The notes beneath the pieces are model-generated. The model did not search any database. It was not told the origin of the DNA and saw only the letters and a list, made by a program, of their open reading frames with translations. 64,000 nt of DNA, from positions 4,014-68,013 of the forward strand of contig CAZPNL010000002.1 in NCBI GenBank assembly GCA_964588145.1, given 5' to 3'. Position numbers and translations under genes: made by a program. The stretch is from an uncultured Gammaproteobacteria bacterium (GTDB taxonomy: Bacteria > Patescibacteriota > Microgenomatia > UBA10105 > UBA927). How positions within the stretch are numbered: position 1 is the stretch's first letter; each line of letters begins with the position of its first letter. This document shows, piece by piece, positions 18,659 to 27,875 of the stretch.

Positions 18659-19917
18659 TGAATATTCTGCATCAAATACACTCGCTAAAAAATTCAAAAC
18701 TAGCTATCAATAGTATATTGCTGTTTGCAGGCAATATGGCGGTAAATGTCTTTGCATACCTATATCATTTGATAGTAGGCAGAATCCTAGGCCCTGTGGG
18801 ATATGGAGAGCTGGCTGCACTTTTATCTCTTTTATATATTGTGAGCGTTCCATCAGAGGTCTTGCGCACTGTATCTATGAAATTTTTTTCTCAAATGTAT
18901 GCTAAGCAGCAGCTTGGTCAGGCAAAAGCCCTCTATATGAGTTTTATAAAATATATTGCAGTTATAGGAGTTATGGGATTTTTTGTATGCATGCCGTTTG
19001 TAGGGTCGTTAAAACAATTTCTCAATATCTCAAATGATACGTATTTTTTGTGGCTCTATTTACTTTTTGCGTTTCAGTTACTAAGCGGACTCAGTGCCGG
19101 TGTGTTATTGGCTTTTCAAAAATTTGTTATGTCAACCTTGACTGCAAATATTATGATTGTCACGAGGCTTGTATTTGGCGTAGTGAGCGCTCCCTTTGGC
19201 GTTGGTGCCTCGCTTGCTGCTACAGCTATAGCTGCCATAGTAGGTATGAGTAGCTATATATTTCCATTTAAAAAATTATTTAGAGATCCCGCTCAAACAG
19301 CACAGTTTACAGCGAAGGATATTATTAAGTACAGTATGCCAACGCTCTTTTCGTTGCTGGGTTTAACTGCCTTATATAGTATGGACATAATACTTGTGAA
19401 ACATTACTTTTCTCCAGTGGATGCTGGCATATACTCCTCGCTTGCAATTCTTGGAAAAGTTATTTTTTTTGCATCCAGCTCCATAGGGTTTGTACTCTTC
19501 CCAGTTATGGCACACAAATGGGAATTAGGTAAGCCCATTCACCGAGAATTTTTTTCCTCCGTAGTAGCCGTTGGCGCACTGTCCTTTGGAATAGCAGGAG
19601 TGTATTTTATATTTCCAGAACTTGTGGTAAATTTACTTTTTGGTGCAAAATTTATGGCTGCTGCAAAATATGTAGGAATATTTGGTGTATTTCTTGCATT
19701 TTTTTCAGTAGCAAGCATACTTATGAATGCATACTTAGCTATTGGAAAAACACGAGTAAGTATATTTATGATTGCTGCCTCTATCGCGCAGATTATAGGT
19801 ATTTCTTATTTACATGCAAATTTAGCACAGGTTATATATATAAATATTTCAGTAGTGGCAATCCTAAGCGTGAGTCTCATGTTGTATTATCCATATGTCA
19901 AAAACAGAATTTCCTAA
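18658..19917 (+). CDS. Wzx-like polysaccharide/oligosaccharide flippase (MOP superfamily)
   Basis: 419 aa with about 12 hydrophobic segments. N-terminal 'NSILLFAGNMAVNVFAYLYHLIVGRILGPVGYGELAALLSL'. TAATG 1-nt overlap with the upstream stop. Confidence 0.65.
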   Translation: MNILHQIHSLKNSKLAINSILLFAGNMAVNVFAYLYHLIVGRILGPVGYGELAALLSLLYIVSVPSEVLRTVSMKFFSQMYAKQQLGQAKALYMSFIKYIAVIGVMGFFVCMPFVGSLKQFLNISNDTYFLWLYLLFAFQLLSGLSAGVLLAFQKFVMSTLTANIMIVTRLVFGVVSAPFGVGASLAATAIAAIVGMSSYIFPFKKLFRDPAQTAQFTAKDIIKYSMPTLFSLLGLTALYSMDIILVKHYFSPVDAGIYSSLAILGKVIFFASSSIGFVLFPVMAHKWELGKPIHREFFSSVVAVGALSFGIAGVYFIFPELVVNLLFGAKFMAAAKYVGIFGVFLAFFSVASILMNAYLAIGKTRVSIFMIAASIAQIIGISYLHANLAQVIYINISVVAILSVSLMLYYPYVKNRIS

Positions 19918-20698
19918 ATTACTTTCCATAATAATGCCTGTCTATAGACAAGAAAAAACTATAGCTGCAAATATTAAAAATATCCTTATTGAATTGGAAA
20001 AATTAGGGGTACAATTTGAACTTATCGTTGTTATAGATGGAAAAATAGACAACAGTTTTGACGAGGCAAAAAAGGTAAAATCTAAACACCTTCAGGTCGT
20101 AGGATATCAAACCAATCATGGCAAAGGATACGCAGTGAGATTTGGCATGTCACATTCCGAAGGTGATATCATAGGCTTTATCGATTCTGGTGGAGATATT
20201 TCTGAAAATGGTATATCCATAATGCTAGAGCATTTTCGCTGGTATAAAGCCGATATTATCATAGGAAGTAAGCGTCATCCTGCCTCTAGAGTGCAATACC
20301 CATGGCAGCGAAAAATATTGTCCTTTGTATATCAGCTGGTTATACAATGGTTATTCGGTCTTAAGGTGAGAGACTCTCAGGTTGGGCTGAAATTTTATAG
20401 ACGTGAGGTACTTGAGGATGTGTTACCAAGGCTGCTAGTAAAGCAATTTGCTTTTGATATAGAGATACTTGCTGTGGCAAATTACTTAGGGTATAAAAAA
20501 ATATTTGAAGCCCCAGTGGATATAGATTTCACAGGTCTTTCCAGCATAAGTTCTAAAAATTTTTGGATTATATCGCTCCGCACACTTTGGGATACGATAG
20601 CAGTTTTTTATCGATTAAAACTATTGAGATATTATGATGAAATAAACAAAAGAAAATGGAAATTTGATCCGGAATTAAATTTTCGTGTAAATATATAA
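19895..20698 (+). CDS. Short GT2, polyprenyl-phosphate sugar synthase-like
   Basis: 267 aa. 'LSIIMPVYRQEKTI', 'LIVVIDGKIDNS', 'GFIDSGGDIS' and 'FAFDIEILAVANYLGY'. Confidence 0.7.
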   Translation: MSKTEFPKLLSIIMPVYRQEKTIAANIKNILIELEKLGVQFELIVVIDGKIDNSFDEAKKVKSKHLQVVGYQTNHGKGYAVRFGMSHSEGDIIGFIDSGGDISENGISIMLEHFRWYKADIIIGSKRHPASRVQYPWQRKILSFVYQLVIQWLFGLKVRDSQVGLKFYRREVLEDVLPRLLVKQFAFDIEILAVANYLGYKKIFEAPVDIDFTGLSSISSKNFWIISLRTLWDTIAVFYRLKLLRYYDEINKRKWKFDPELNFRVNI

Positions 20699-20700
20699 GT

Positions 20701-21726
20701 ATGAAATTTCTTATTACTGGAGGGGCTGGATTTATAGGTACAAATTTAGCATCTAAGCTCATTGGACAGGGACATGATGTAACTATTTTTGATAACTTTT
20801 CTCGTAAAGGGTCACGGTCCAATGCAGAATGGCTTTCCAAGTTGGGAGGAAATGTACGCGTTGCAGAAGGAGATGTCTCAAGGCAGAGTTCCATCAAGCA
20901 ATTGATCGAAGTGATTTCAAATGTAGATAGTATTTTTCATCTCGCAGGCCAAGTGGCTGTAACTACCTCTGTACAGAATCCCAGAATGGATTTTCAAGCA
21001 AATGCTCTGGGTACATTTAACATATTGGAGTCCATGAGAAGGCAAAATTCTCAAGCTATACTGATGTATGCCTCGACAAACAAAGTGTATGGAAATTTAG
21101 AAAATCAACAAATTGTTGAAAAAAACAACAGATACGAATTTGAAAATGGGATAGGAATTTCAGAGCAAACTCCCGTAGACTATTATTCTCCTTACGGGTG
21201 TTCAAAAGGTGTAGGAGATGCGTATGTGCATGACTACGCTCGTGTATATGGGCTGCGAACAATAGTATTTCGCCAATCATGCATATATGGTCCAAGACAG
21301 TTTGGGATAGAAGATCAAGGGTGGCTTGCGTGGTTTATGATTGCATCAATCACAAAAAGACCTATTACCATTTATGGCACAGGCAAACAAGTGCGTGATG
21401 TCCTCTATGTAGATGACCTGATAGATGCATATTTGGCAGCCATAAAAAATATAGAAACAACAAAAGGGCAGATATACAATATCGGGGGAGGAATGCAAAA
21501 TTCATTATCAATCTGGTACGAATTTATTCCACATCTAAAAAAACTTCTTGGAAAAGATATAGCAGTAGATTTTAAGCCTGAGCGCACGGGAGATCAAAAG
21601 GTGTATATCTCAGATATTTCAAAGGCCTCCCGTGATTTTGGTTGGAAGCCAAAGGTTAGGGTAGAATCAGGTCTTGAAAAATTACATACATGGATTACTT
21701 CGCATAAACATCTTTTTACTCCGTGA
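20701..21726 (+). CDS. NAD-dependent sugar-nucleotide epimerase/dehydratase (SDR; CDP-paratose 2-epimerase-like)
   Basis: 341 aa. 'ITGGAGFIGTNLASKLIGQGHDVTIFDNFSRKGSRSNAEWL', 'YASTNKVYG' and 'YGCSKGVGD' (YxxxK). Confidence 0.75.
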   Translation: MKFLITGGAGFIGTNLASKLIGQGHDVTIFDNFSRKGSRSNAEWLSKLGGNVRVAEGDVSRQSSIKQLIEVISNVDSIFHLAGQVAVTTSVQNPRMDFQANALGTFNILESMRRQNSQAILMYASTNKVYGNLENQQIVEKNNRYEFENGIGISEQTPVDYYSPYGCSKGVGDAYVHDYARVYGLRTIVFRQSCIYGPRQFGIEDQGWLAWFMIASITKRPITIYGTGKQVRDVLYVDDLIDAYLAAIKNIETTKGQIYNIGGGMQNSLSIWYEFIPHLKKLLGKDIAVDFKPERTGDQKVYISDISKASRDFGWKPKVRVESGLEKLHTWITSHKHLFTP

Positions 21727-22853
21727 TGAAAATTCTTATACTCAATTGGAAAGACACAAAAAACCCTACGTCTGGCGGGGCAGAGGTGTTGACGCACGAA
21801 CTGGCAAAAGGGTGGGTAGCAATGGGAAATGAAGTAACCATGATAGTGAGCGCGTTTGCAGGGTGTCACTCTGATGAAGTATTTGATGGAATTCGAATTA
21901 TACGTTTAGGCCATAGTGATGTACGGTCTGGAATTGGTTCGGTACATTATCTTGCGGCTCGTAGATATCTCCAAGAGTTTAAGGGAAAGATTGATGTGGT
22001 TGTGGATGAGGTGCATGGTTTTCCATTTTTTACACCATTTTATGTTCATGAGCCAGTTGTGCCTCTCATCTGCGAAGTTGCTGATACGATATGGGCGACG
22101 ATGTTTGGCCCTATTGTGGGACTGCTTGGGAAAATTATCGAATCTCTCTATATACGTGTAATCTATAAAAACGCCCATTGGCTCACCATATCTCCATCTA
22201 CACATGATGATCTTCTTCATATGGGGGTGAAAAATGAAAATATCACAATATTGCCAATGGGGATAACAGTACCTGATAAAATCAAGATTAAGCCAAAGTC
22301 TAAGAAGCCCACAATTATTTTTGTAGGCAGACTCGTTGCCTCAAAAGGAATTGAGGATACGCTAAATGCACTGAAAATCGTAAAAGCGAAGCTGCCAGAC
22401 GTACAGTTGTGGATCATAGGCAGAGGAGATGTGACATACGAAGAGCATCTTCGTTCAGTCTCCAAAGACCTGAATTTAACCCAGAACGTAACATTTTATG
22501 GTTTTGTCAGTGCATCGGAAAAATTTTCACTTATGTCACAAGCACATGTATTGGTTGCTCCATCGGTCAAAGAAGGCTGGGGCTTGATAGTGCCTGAGGC
22601 AGGACTGGTGGGTACGCCAAGCGTTGTGTATCCTACGCACGGATTGAGGGATGTAGTGGAGGATGGAAAAACCGGACATATATGCAGAGAGCAGTCACCA
22701 GAGTCACTTGCAAGTGGTATACTACAATTGTTTGGGGACAATAAGAAGTATGCTCATATACGTGAGGCAGTGATGAAAAAGTCAAAGTCCTACAGTTGGG
22801 CACATACTGTTCGGGTAGGCTATTATGAATTATTAAAACTTTATGAAAAATGA
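21726..22853 (+). CDS. Glycosyltransferase family 4
   Basis: About 375 aa. 'MKILILNWKD...GGAE' and 'PSVKEGWGLIVPEAGLVGTPSVVY'. ATG 21726 overlaps the upstream TGA by 1 nt; the track start at 21723 is a GTG. Confidence 0.8.
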   Translation: MKILILNWKDTKNPTSGGAEVLTHELAKGWVAMGNEVTMIVSAFAGCHSDEVFDGIRIIRLGHSDVRSGIGSVHYLAARRYLQEFKGKIDVVVDEVHGFPFFTPFYVHEPVVPLICEVADTIWATMFGPIVGLLGKIIESLYIRVIYKNAHWLTISPSTHDDLLHMGVKNENITILPMGITVPDKIKIKPKSKKPTIIFVGRLVASKGIEDTLNALKIVKAKLPDVQLWIIGRGDVTYEEHLRSVSKDLNLTQNVTFYGFVSASEKFSLMSQAHVLVAPSVKEGWGLIVPEAGLVGTPSVVYPTHGLRDVVEDGKTGHICREQSPESLASGILQLFGDNKKYAHIREAVMKKSKSYSWAHTVRVGYYELLKLYEK

Positions 22854-24015
22854 TTCTGCATTTATACCATTATCCAAGCCAGCTATAGGAAAAGAGGAAA
22901 AACGAGCCGTCCTTAAGGCGCTCGATTCTGGCTGGATCACCCTTGGACCAAAAACTGCTGAATTTGAAGATCTCTTTAAGGCATTTATAGGTACTAAACA
23001 TGCCGTAGGTGTTTCCTCATGGACAGGAGGAATGCATGTTGTATTATCCTCGCTTGGCATTGGACCAGGTGATGAGGTGATTGCTCCTGTATTTACCTTT
23101 GCGGCAACCATAAATCCCGTTATCCAGGTTGGAGCAAAACCAGTACTTGTAGATATTGACCGTGATACATTTCTGATTGATGTGCAAAAGGTAGAAAAGG
23201 CCATCACCAAAAAAACCAAAGCTATTATACCCGTGCATTATGCCGGACAAGCAGTTGACATGGATGCTCTGAAAGATATCGCAAAACGATATAATCTAAA
23301 AATTATCGAGGATGCGGCACATGCTGTTGGTACGGTGTATAAAGGTGCGCAGATTGGTACACATGGAGATGCTGTAGTATATTCATTTCACCCTATCAAA
23401 AATATGACCACAGGGGATGGTGGGATGATTGTGACAAATGATGCAGAATTGGATACGAAAGCCAGGTTATATAGGTTGCATGGAATGAATAAAGAAGCAT
23501 GGAAGAGGCTTGATAAATCAGGCAATTGGTACTACGAGATAGTCGTTCCTGGATTTAAGTACAACATGACGGATATTTCTGCCTCAATTGGTATAGAGCA
23601 GCTGAAAAAACTCTCAACATTCATACTGCATCGTACAAAGATAGCCGCTTTATACACAAAGGCTTTTGTCAAAATTCCAGAAATTACATCACCCAAGGTT
23701 TTGCCCTATGGAGTGCATGCATGGAACTTGTATTCAGTTTTGCTGGATGTAGATGCGCTGACAATAAGCCGAAATGATTTTATCGAAGAGCTCAAAAAGA
23801 GAAATATCGGAACAAGTGTATACTTTACTCCACTACACATGCACCCATATTATCAAAAAGCATTGGGCTATAATGAGGGGGATTTTCCAAATAGTGAGTG
23901 GGTATACCAGCGTCTCCTTTGTTTACCAATGTCAAATGCCATTACTATGCGTGAGGCAAAAACAGTGATACACGAAGTCACACAACTGATCAGTGAGTAC
24001 AAGAAACATGGATGA
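22843..24015 (+). CDS. DegT/DnrJ/EryC1-family PLP aminotransferase, ArnB-like
   Basis: 390 aa. 'IPLSKPAIGKEEKRAVLKALDSGWITLGPK', 'IIPVHYAGQAVDMDAL', 'IIEDAAHAVG' and 'FHPIKNMTTGDGG' (PLP lysine). Confidence 0.85.
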   Translation: MKNDSAFIPLSKPAIGKEEKRAVLKALDSGWITLGPKTAEFEDLFKAFIGTKHAVGVSSWTGGMHVVLSSLGIGPGDEVIAPVFTFAATINPVIQVGAKPVLVDIDRDTFLIDVQKVEKAITKKTKAIIPVHYAGQAVDMDALKDIAKRYNLKIIEDAAHAVGTVYKGAQIGTHGDAVVYSFHPIKNMTTGDGGMIVTNDAELDTKARLYRLHGMNKEAWKRLDKSGNWYYEIVVPGFKYNMTDISASIGIEQLKKLSTFILHRTKIAALYTKAFVKIPEITSPKVLPYGVHAWNLYSVLLDVDALTISRNDFIEELKKRNIGTSVYFTPLHMHPYYQKALGYNEGDFPNSEWVYQRLLCLPMSNAITMREAKTVIHEVTQLISEYKKHG

Positions 24016-24910
24016 TGCATTTTTATCACAATTTTCTCCACCACTGGGTTTCCTACAGTCATCACTTCCACCTGGGAGCATAAGGCAGGATTTTACCCAG
24101 GACATACAAAAACGCTTTAGCAGTGGCACAGTCGTGTCTGTAAACAAGGATACTGAGCAGGTTGGGTTGGCAATATATACTCTATCTGAATTTGATAGTT
24201 CAATATTTCACAATAAATTTGCTATTATCTCTCATCTTCTAGCATCCTCTGATAATGATAAAAAAGAAGTCCTTGAGAAGCTCATAGAATGTTTAAAAGC
24301 GAAGGGTTTTACATATGCTGTAGTAAGGATTCCTACAGATTTTGCATGGATTATGATGCTTTCAAGATTTAAGTTTCAAATGACAGATACGGTTACATAT
24401 CTGACGCATACTCTCCAGGATATTTCTTTGGATATTGAAGATAAAATTTTGCCCTGCACACCACAAGATGAATCACAGGCGCTTGTGATATCGCAAGGAA
24501 GCTTTTGTTATGGTAGATTTTACAATGATCCAGATCTTAAGAGAGAGGATGTAGACGCGCTATATCAGCAATGGGTTGCCAATGCATTTGGTGGTCAAGT
24601 ATGTGATGCCGTGTATGGTTATTTTGAGATGCATGTCTTACTTGGGTTTGTGGCAATTAAAAAAATACCAATACATGGACTCGCGCAAAATACAGTTATG
24701 AGTGTCGAGCTTGTGTGTGTTGATAAAAAAGCACGAGGTTTGGGTATAGGAAAAAAACTTATTCACTACGCGCTGCAACAGATGAAAAAAATGAACACAA
24801 CTATTGCCTTGATTGACACGCAGGGAAACAATATCGCAGCTCTGAATACTTATATATCTTGTGGATTTCGCCCAGGTGCACAAATGATGTCATTTCGACT
24901 GCTACTTTAG
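24008..24910 (+). CDS. GNAT-family N-acetyltransferase (WecD-like two-domain layout)
   Basis: About 300 aa. The C-terminal GNAT core is 'VELVCVDKKARGLGIGKKLIHYAL' and 'NNIAALNTYISCGF'. ATG 24008 is preferred over GTG 23993. Confidence 0.7.
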   Translation: MDDAFLSQFSPPLGFLQSSLPPGSIRQDFTQDIQKRFSSGTVVSVNKDTEQVGLAIYTLSEFDSSIFHNKFAIISHLLASSDNDKKEVLEKLIECLKAKGFTYAVVRIPTDFAWIMMLSRFKFQMTDTVTYLTHTLQDISLDIEDKILPCTPQDESQALVISQGSFCYGRFYNDPDLKREDVDALYQQWVANAFGGQVCDAVYGYFEMHVLLGFVAIKKIPIHGLAQNTVMSVELVCVDKKARGLGIGKKLIHYALQQMKKMNTTIALIDTQGNNIAALNTYISCGFRPGAQMMSFRLLL

Positions 24911-24911
24911 T

Positions 24912-26390
24912 ATGAATATAGTACTCATCTGTATCATTCCTATTCTTGCATTTATATTGGAATCTTATCCGCGATTTATAAATAGGAGATTTGGGGTTGA
25001 TGTCTGGACACATCTTCTCTATCTACAGGAGTTTCATAGGCAGAAGAGGTTACCTAGAAATATCAGTAATGGTTTCATCATAACAGGTGACTATGATTAT
25101 CCGCCTATTTTTATTTATATATTATCTCTTTTTCCATTTAAATTAGTAGAAAAGTACGAATTTCTTTTTTCACCAGTCGTTGATAGTATATTTATGATGC
25201 TCTTTGGTGTGATCACATATGTTTTTACCGGTAGCATCGTAACGACACTCCTTACGCAAGGAATGTATATATTGACGCCAATTATTGCCATAGAAAACTC
25301 CAGTGCGACACCCCGGTCGCTTGGGTATGCACTCTTTGCTTTTATAGCGGTCTTTGAGTTTCTCTATATGGGATCAGGAAACACGCTCTATCTATATCTG
25401 TCGATATTTTTGGGCGTATGGATATTTCTCGCACATAGATTTTCTACGCAAGGATATTTATTTTTTTCTATAGTATTTACCCTGATTGAGCGAAGAATCG
25501 AATATGCATTCGTATTTGTCATTTCTCTTTTGCTTACCATTTTTATATCGCGAGGATATTATTTAAAGGTACTATCTGGTCATTTGGGAAATTTGCGCTT
25601 TTGGAAAGCAAATATTCAATATAGATTTGCACATCAGGTAAAGGGCTTGGTAGCAGAAAAAAACCCTAGTGATTTCGTCTTATATCTATATAGGTTTTTT
25701 CTCAAATTCCCCCCATTTGTGCTGGCTGTTACGAGCCCGTGGATGATTCTTGCAATTAGCCTTTCGCTGATTCCGCCTGTTCTAGAAGGATTTTATCTAC
25801 GCATGTTTTGGCTTGTCGGATTTTCATACGCGCTATCACTTTTTACGCTTTGGATACCTCAACTCAGGTTTCTGGGAGAGGGACAACGGTATCTAGAGCT
25901 TACGGCTTTTCCAACCGCCTTGTTGTCAGCAGTTGCATTTGAGCGACTCCTTGAGGGTAGTTTGAGTGTGATTGTCATCCCTGCTGGTTTAGTTGTAGCT
26001 ATACTGTGCCTTGTCACGATACTTGTAATTCAGAAAAAAGGAATAATTGATGAAAAGATGCGAACTGTTACTCCTGAGATTGAGCATATGTTTGCATATC
26101 TAAAGGACTTAAAGAAAAAGCCCAGACTGCTTTGTATTCCACATCAGATGACAACTAGTACCATTTATCATACAGGGTGTGAAGTACTTGTGAATGCAGA
26201 CTATACAAACATCATAATGATTTCTGATATATATCCGGTGCTTCGTAAGCCAATCCTGGAAATCATGCATGAATTTGAGCTCGATGAGATCTTATTAAAT
26301 CAAAATTACGCAGCTATCGAAGATCTCCATCTCAAAAAATATATAGTTATAAAGGAATCAGGACCGTTTGTCCTTTTGAAACTCAAGTAA
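24912..26390 (+). CDS. Uncharacterised polytopic membrane protein, paralog A (family not recognised)
   Basis: 492 aa with about 10 hydrophobic segments and a C-terminal domain of about 120 aa that looks soluble. The N-terminal 'ILESYPRFINRRFGVDVWTHL...GDYDYPPIF' matches the neighbouring minus-strand gene. Confidence 0.7.
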   Translation: MNIVLICIIPILAFILESYPRFINRRFGVDVWTHLLYLQEFHRQKRLPRNISNGFIITGDYDYPPIFIYILSLFPFKLVEKYEFLFSPVVDSIFMMLFGVITYVFTGSIVTTLLTQGMYILTPIIAIENSSATPRSLGYALFAFIAVFEFLYMGSGNTLYLYLSIFLGVWIFLAHRFSTQGYLFFSIVFTLIERRIEYAFVFVISLLLTIFISRGYYLKVLSGHLGNLRFWKANIQYRFAHQVKGLVAEKNPSDFVLYLYRFFLKFPPFVLAVTSPWMILAISLSLIPPVLEGFYLRMFWLVGFSYALSLFTLWIPQLRFLGEGQRYLELTAFPTALLSAVAFERLLEGSLSVIVIPAGLVVAILCLVTILVIQKKGIIDEKMRTVTPEIEHMFAYLKDLKKKPRLLCIPHQMTTSTIYHTGCEVLVNADYTNIIMISDIYPVLRKPILEIMHEFELDEILLNQNYAAIEDLHLKKYIVIKESGPFVLLKLK

Positions 26391-27875
26391 ACAAATATCT
26401 CCATACTTGGCAATCTGTTTCATCTTTTGCGCGCCAATCTCTGCTTTTGTCGCAAATGATTCCCGCAGTAAGATATGCGTGAGGTTGTATTCTTTTCTTA
26501 GGTCTGTGAGAGGCCTTGTCAGGAGTGGGTATATGCCCCTGAGCTTCATCAATCCCTGATTATCGGCATTTACCAGTACATCCGCTTTTGTATTGTATAT
26601 AGTCATAGTAGTGATTTGATGGGGTATGCAGATGATGCGTGGTTGTACCTTTAGAGTGTTAATAAATTCATACATAGAGTGAAGGTCACCCGTAAGTGTT
26701 CTGTTTTGGTCTTTGAGTATGGCTTTGCTTTGCACAATGAGAATAAGTGAGAGGTTTGCGAGAAGCAATCCAAAGGCGCCAATCATAACTATAGTAGAAT
26801 ATTGGGTATTTATGAGTGTGTATATGCCAAAAGCCGACAAAATAGCTGTTGGTACTGTTGCCATTTCCAAGTATCTTTGCCCTTCTCCAATAGGTATAAG
26901 TCTTTTTATTGATAATACGACAATGGCCAGTCCAAAAAAGAAGAGAATCCATATGGAAAATTTTTCAAAGAGAAGATTACCTGCAAACGGACTATAAGAA
27001 CTAGTTAATCTACTTAATTGCAAATAGAGAGGTGCAAGCAGCCAAACGTTTGTTCCCAAAAGTCCTATGGGAGAAAATTTTGCGAGTACATAGTACACGA
27101 TCCCTATAAAATCAATTTGTTTCGTCGTTTTTTGAATTCCTCGTATTTGATGTGCAAAGCGGTATGGATAGTATATAACCCAAAAATATATATTGTAGAG
27201 ATGTCCTGTTAGCACGCGCTTGTAGTATCCATTTGTCACGATAATTGCAGTGATAAGTCCGGATAAAAACATGCCTGTATAGAGCAGATTGCGTTCGTAC
27301 AAAGTGAAAAACAGAGTAGCAAAGAGAAACGATTGGGTCGCAAATCTATGAGATAAAAATATCAAGACAGAAAAAATATAAGAAAACACTAAGTACTCTA
27401 TTTTTGGTGAAACAGAATAGAGGACAAGGGGGTAAAATGCCAGTGTAAAATTGAGGTACCCAAAGGAACGTGGTGTCAGATAGCTATTTTCTAGTGCTAC
27501 TAGAGGAGTAAGCATATATATTCCTTGGCTCAAAAGGGCGATAATAGGGTTACCGGTAATTTGTAGTGCGATAACATATACGATGAAACATTGTATGGCG
27601 TCTATAAAGGGCGCTATAAAGCCTTGTAATTGCAGAAGTTTGGCTTTTGATACGAAAGACAATATAAACGGAAAAAGTGGTGGGTAATCAAAATACCCGT
27701 CAATGATAAACTGGTGAGTAATTTTTCCTGGAATTTTATGACCATTCTTACGTATATGGTCAGTTTCAGTGAGTCTCGTCCATACGTCTACTCCAAACAG
27801 TCTGTTGAAAAACCGCGGATATGCCTGCAGCAAAAACGAAAGACATGGTATGATGATGGCATAAATATGAGACAT
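26358..27875 (-). CDS. Uncharacterised polytopic membrane protein, paralog B (family not recognised)
   Basis: 'LLQAYPRFFNRLFGVDVWTRL...DGYFDYPPLF'. Start set to the ATG at 27875 (MSHIYAIIIP) because it aligns with M1 of paralog A (MNIVLICIIP); ATG 27902 is the alternative. Confidence 0.7.
   Translation of the reverse strand: MSHIYAIIIPCLSFLLQAYPRFFNRLFGVDVWTRLTETDHIRKNGHKIPGKITHQFIIDGYFDYPPLFPFILSFVSKAKLLQLQGFIAPFIDAIQCFIVYVIALQITGNPIIALLSQGIYMLTPLVALENSYLTPRSFGYLNFTLAFYPLVLYSVSPKIEYLVFSYIFSVLIFLSHRFATQSFLFATLFFTLYERNLLYTGMFLSGLITAIIVTNGYYKRVLTGHLYNIYFWVIYYPYRFAHQIRGIQKTTKQIDFIGIVYYVLAKFSPIGLLGTNVWLLAPLYLQLSRLTSSYSPFAGNLLFEKFSIWILFFFGLAIVVLSIKRLIPIGEGQRYLEMATVPTAILSAFGIYTLINTQYSTIVMIGAFGLLLANLSLILIVQSKAILKDQNRTLTGDLHSMYEFINTLKVQPRIICIPHQITTMTIYNTKADVLVNADNQGLMKLRGIYPLLTRPLTDLRKEYNLTHILLRESFATKAEIGAQKMKQIAKYGDICLLEFQKDKRS

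Noticed and set aside
22833-23219. There are antisense ORFs of 125-146 aa opposite well-supported genes: 22833-23219, 31049-31447, 54058-54486, 60634-61074 and 63058-63435.
   Set aside because: Each lies opposite a gene with strong family motifs (aminotransferase, methyltransferase, fusion GT-C, nucleotidyltransferase, DUF4012). None has a recognisable domain or a sensible start context. They are typical antisense shadows in the GC-richer segments.
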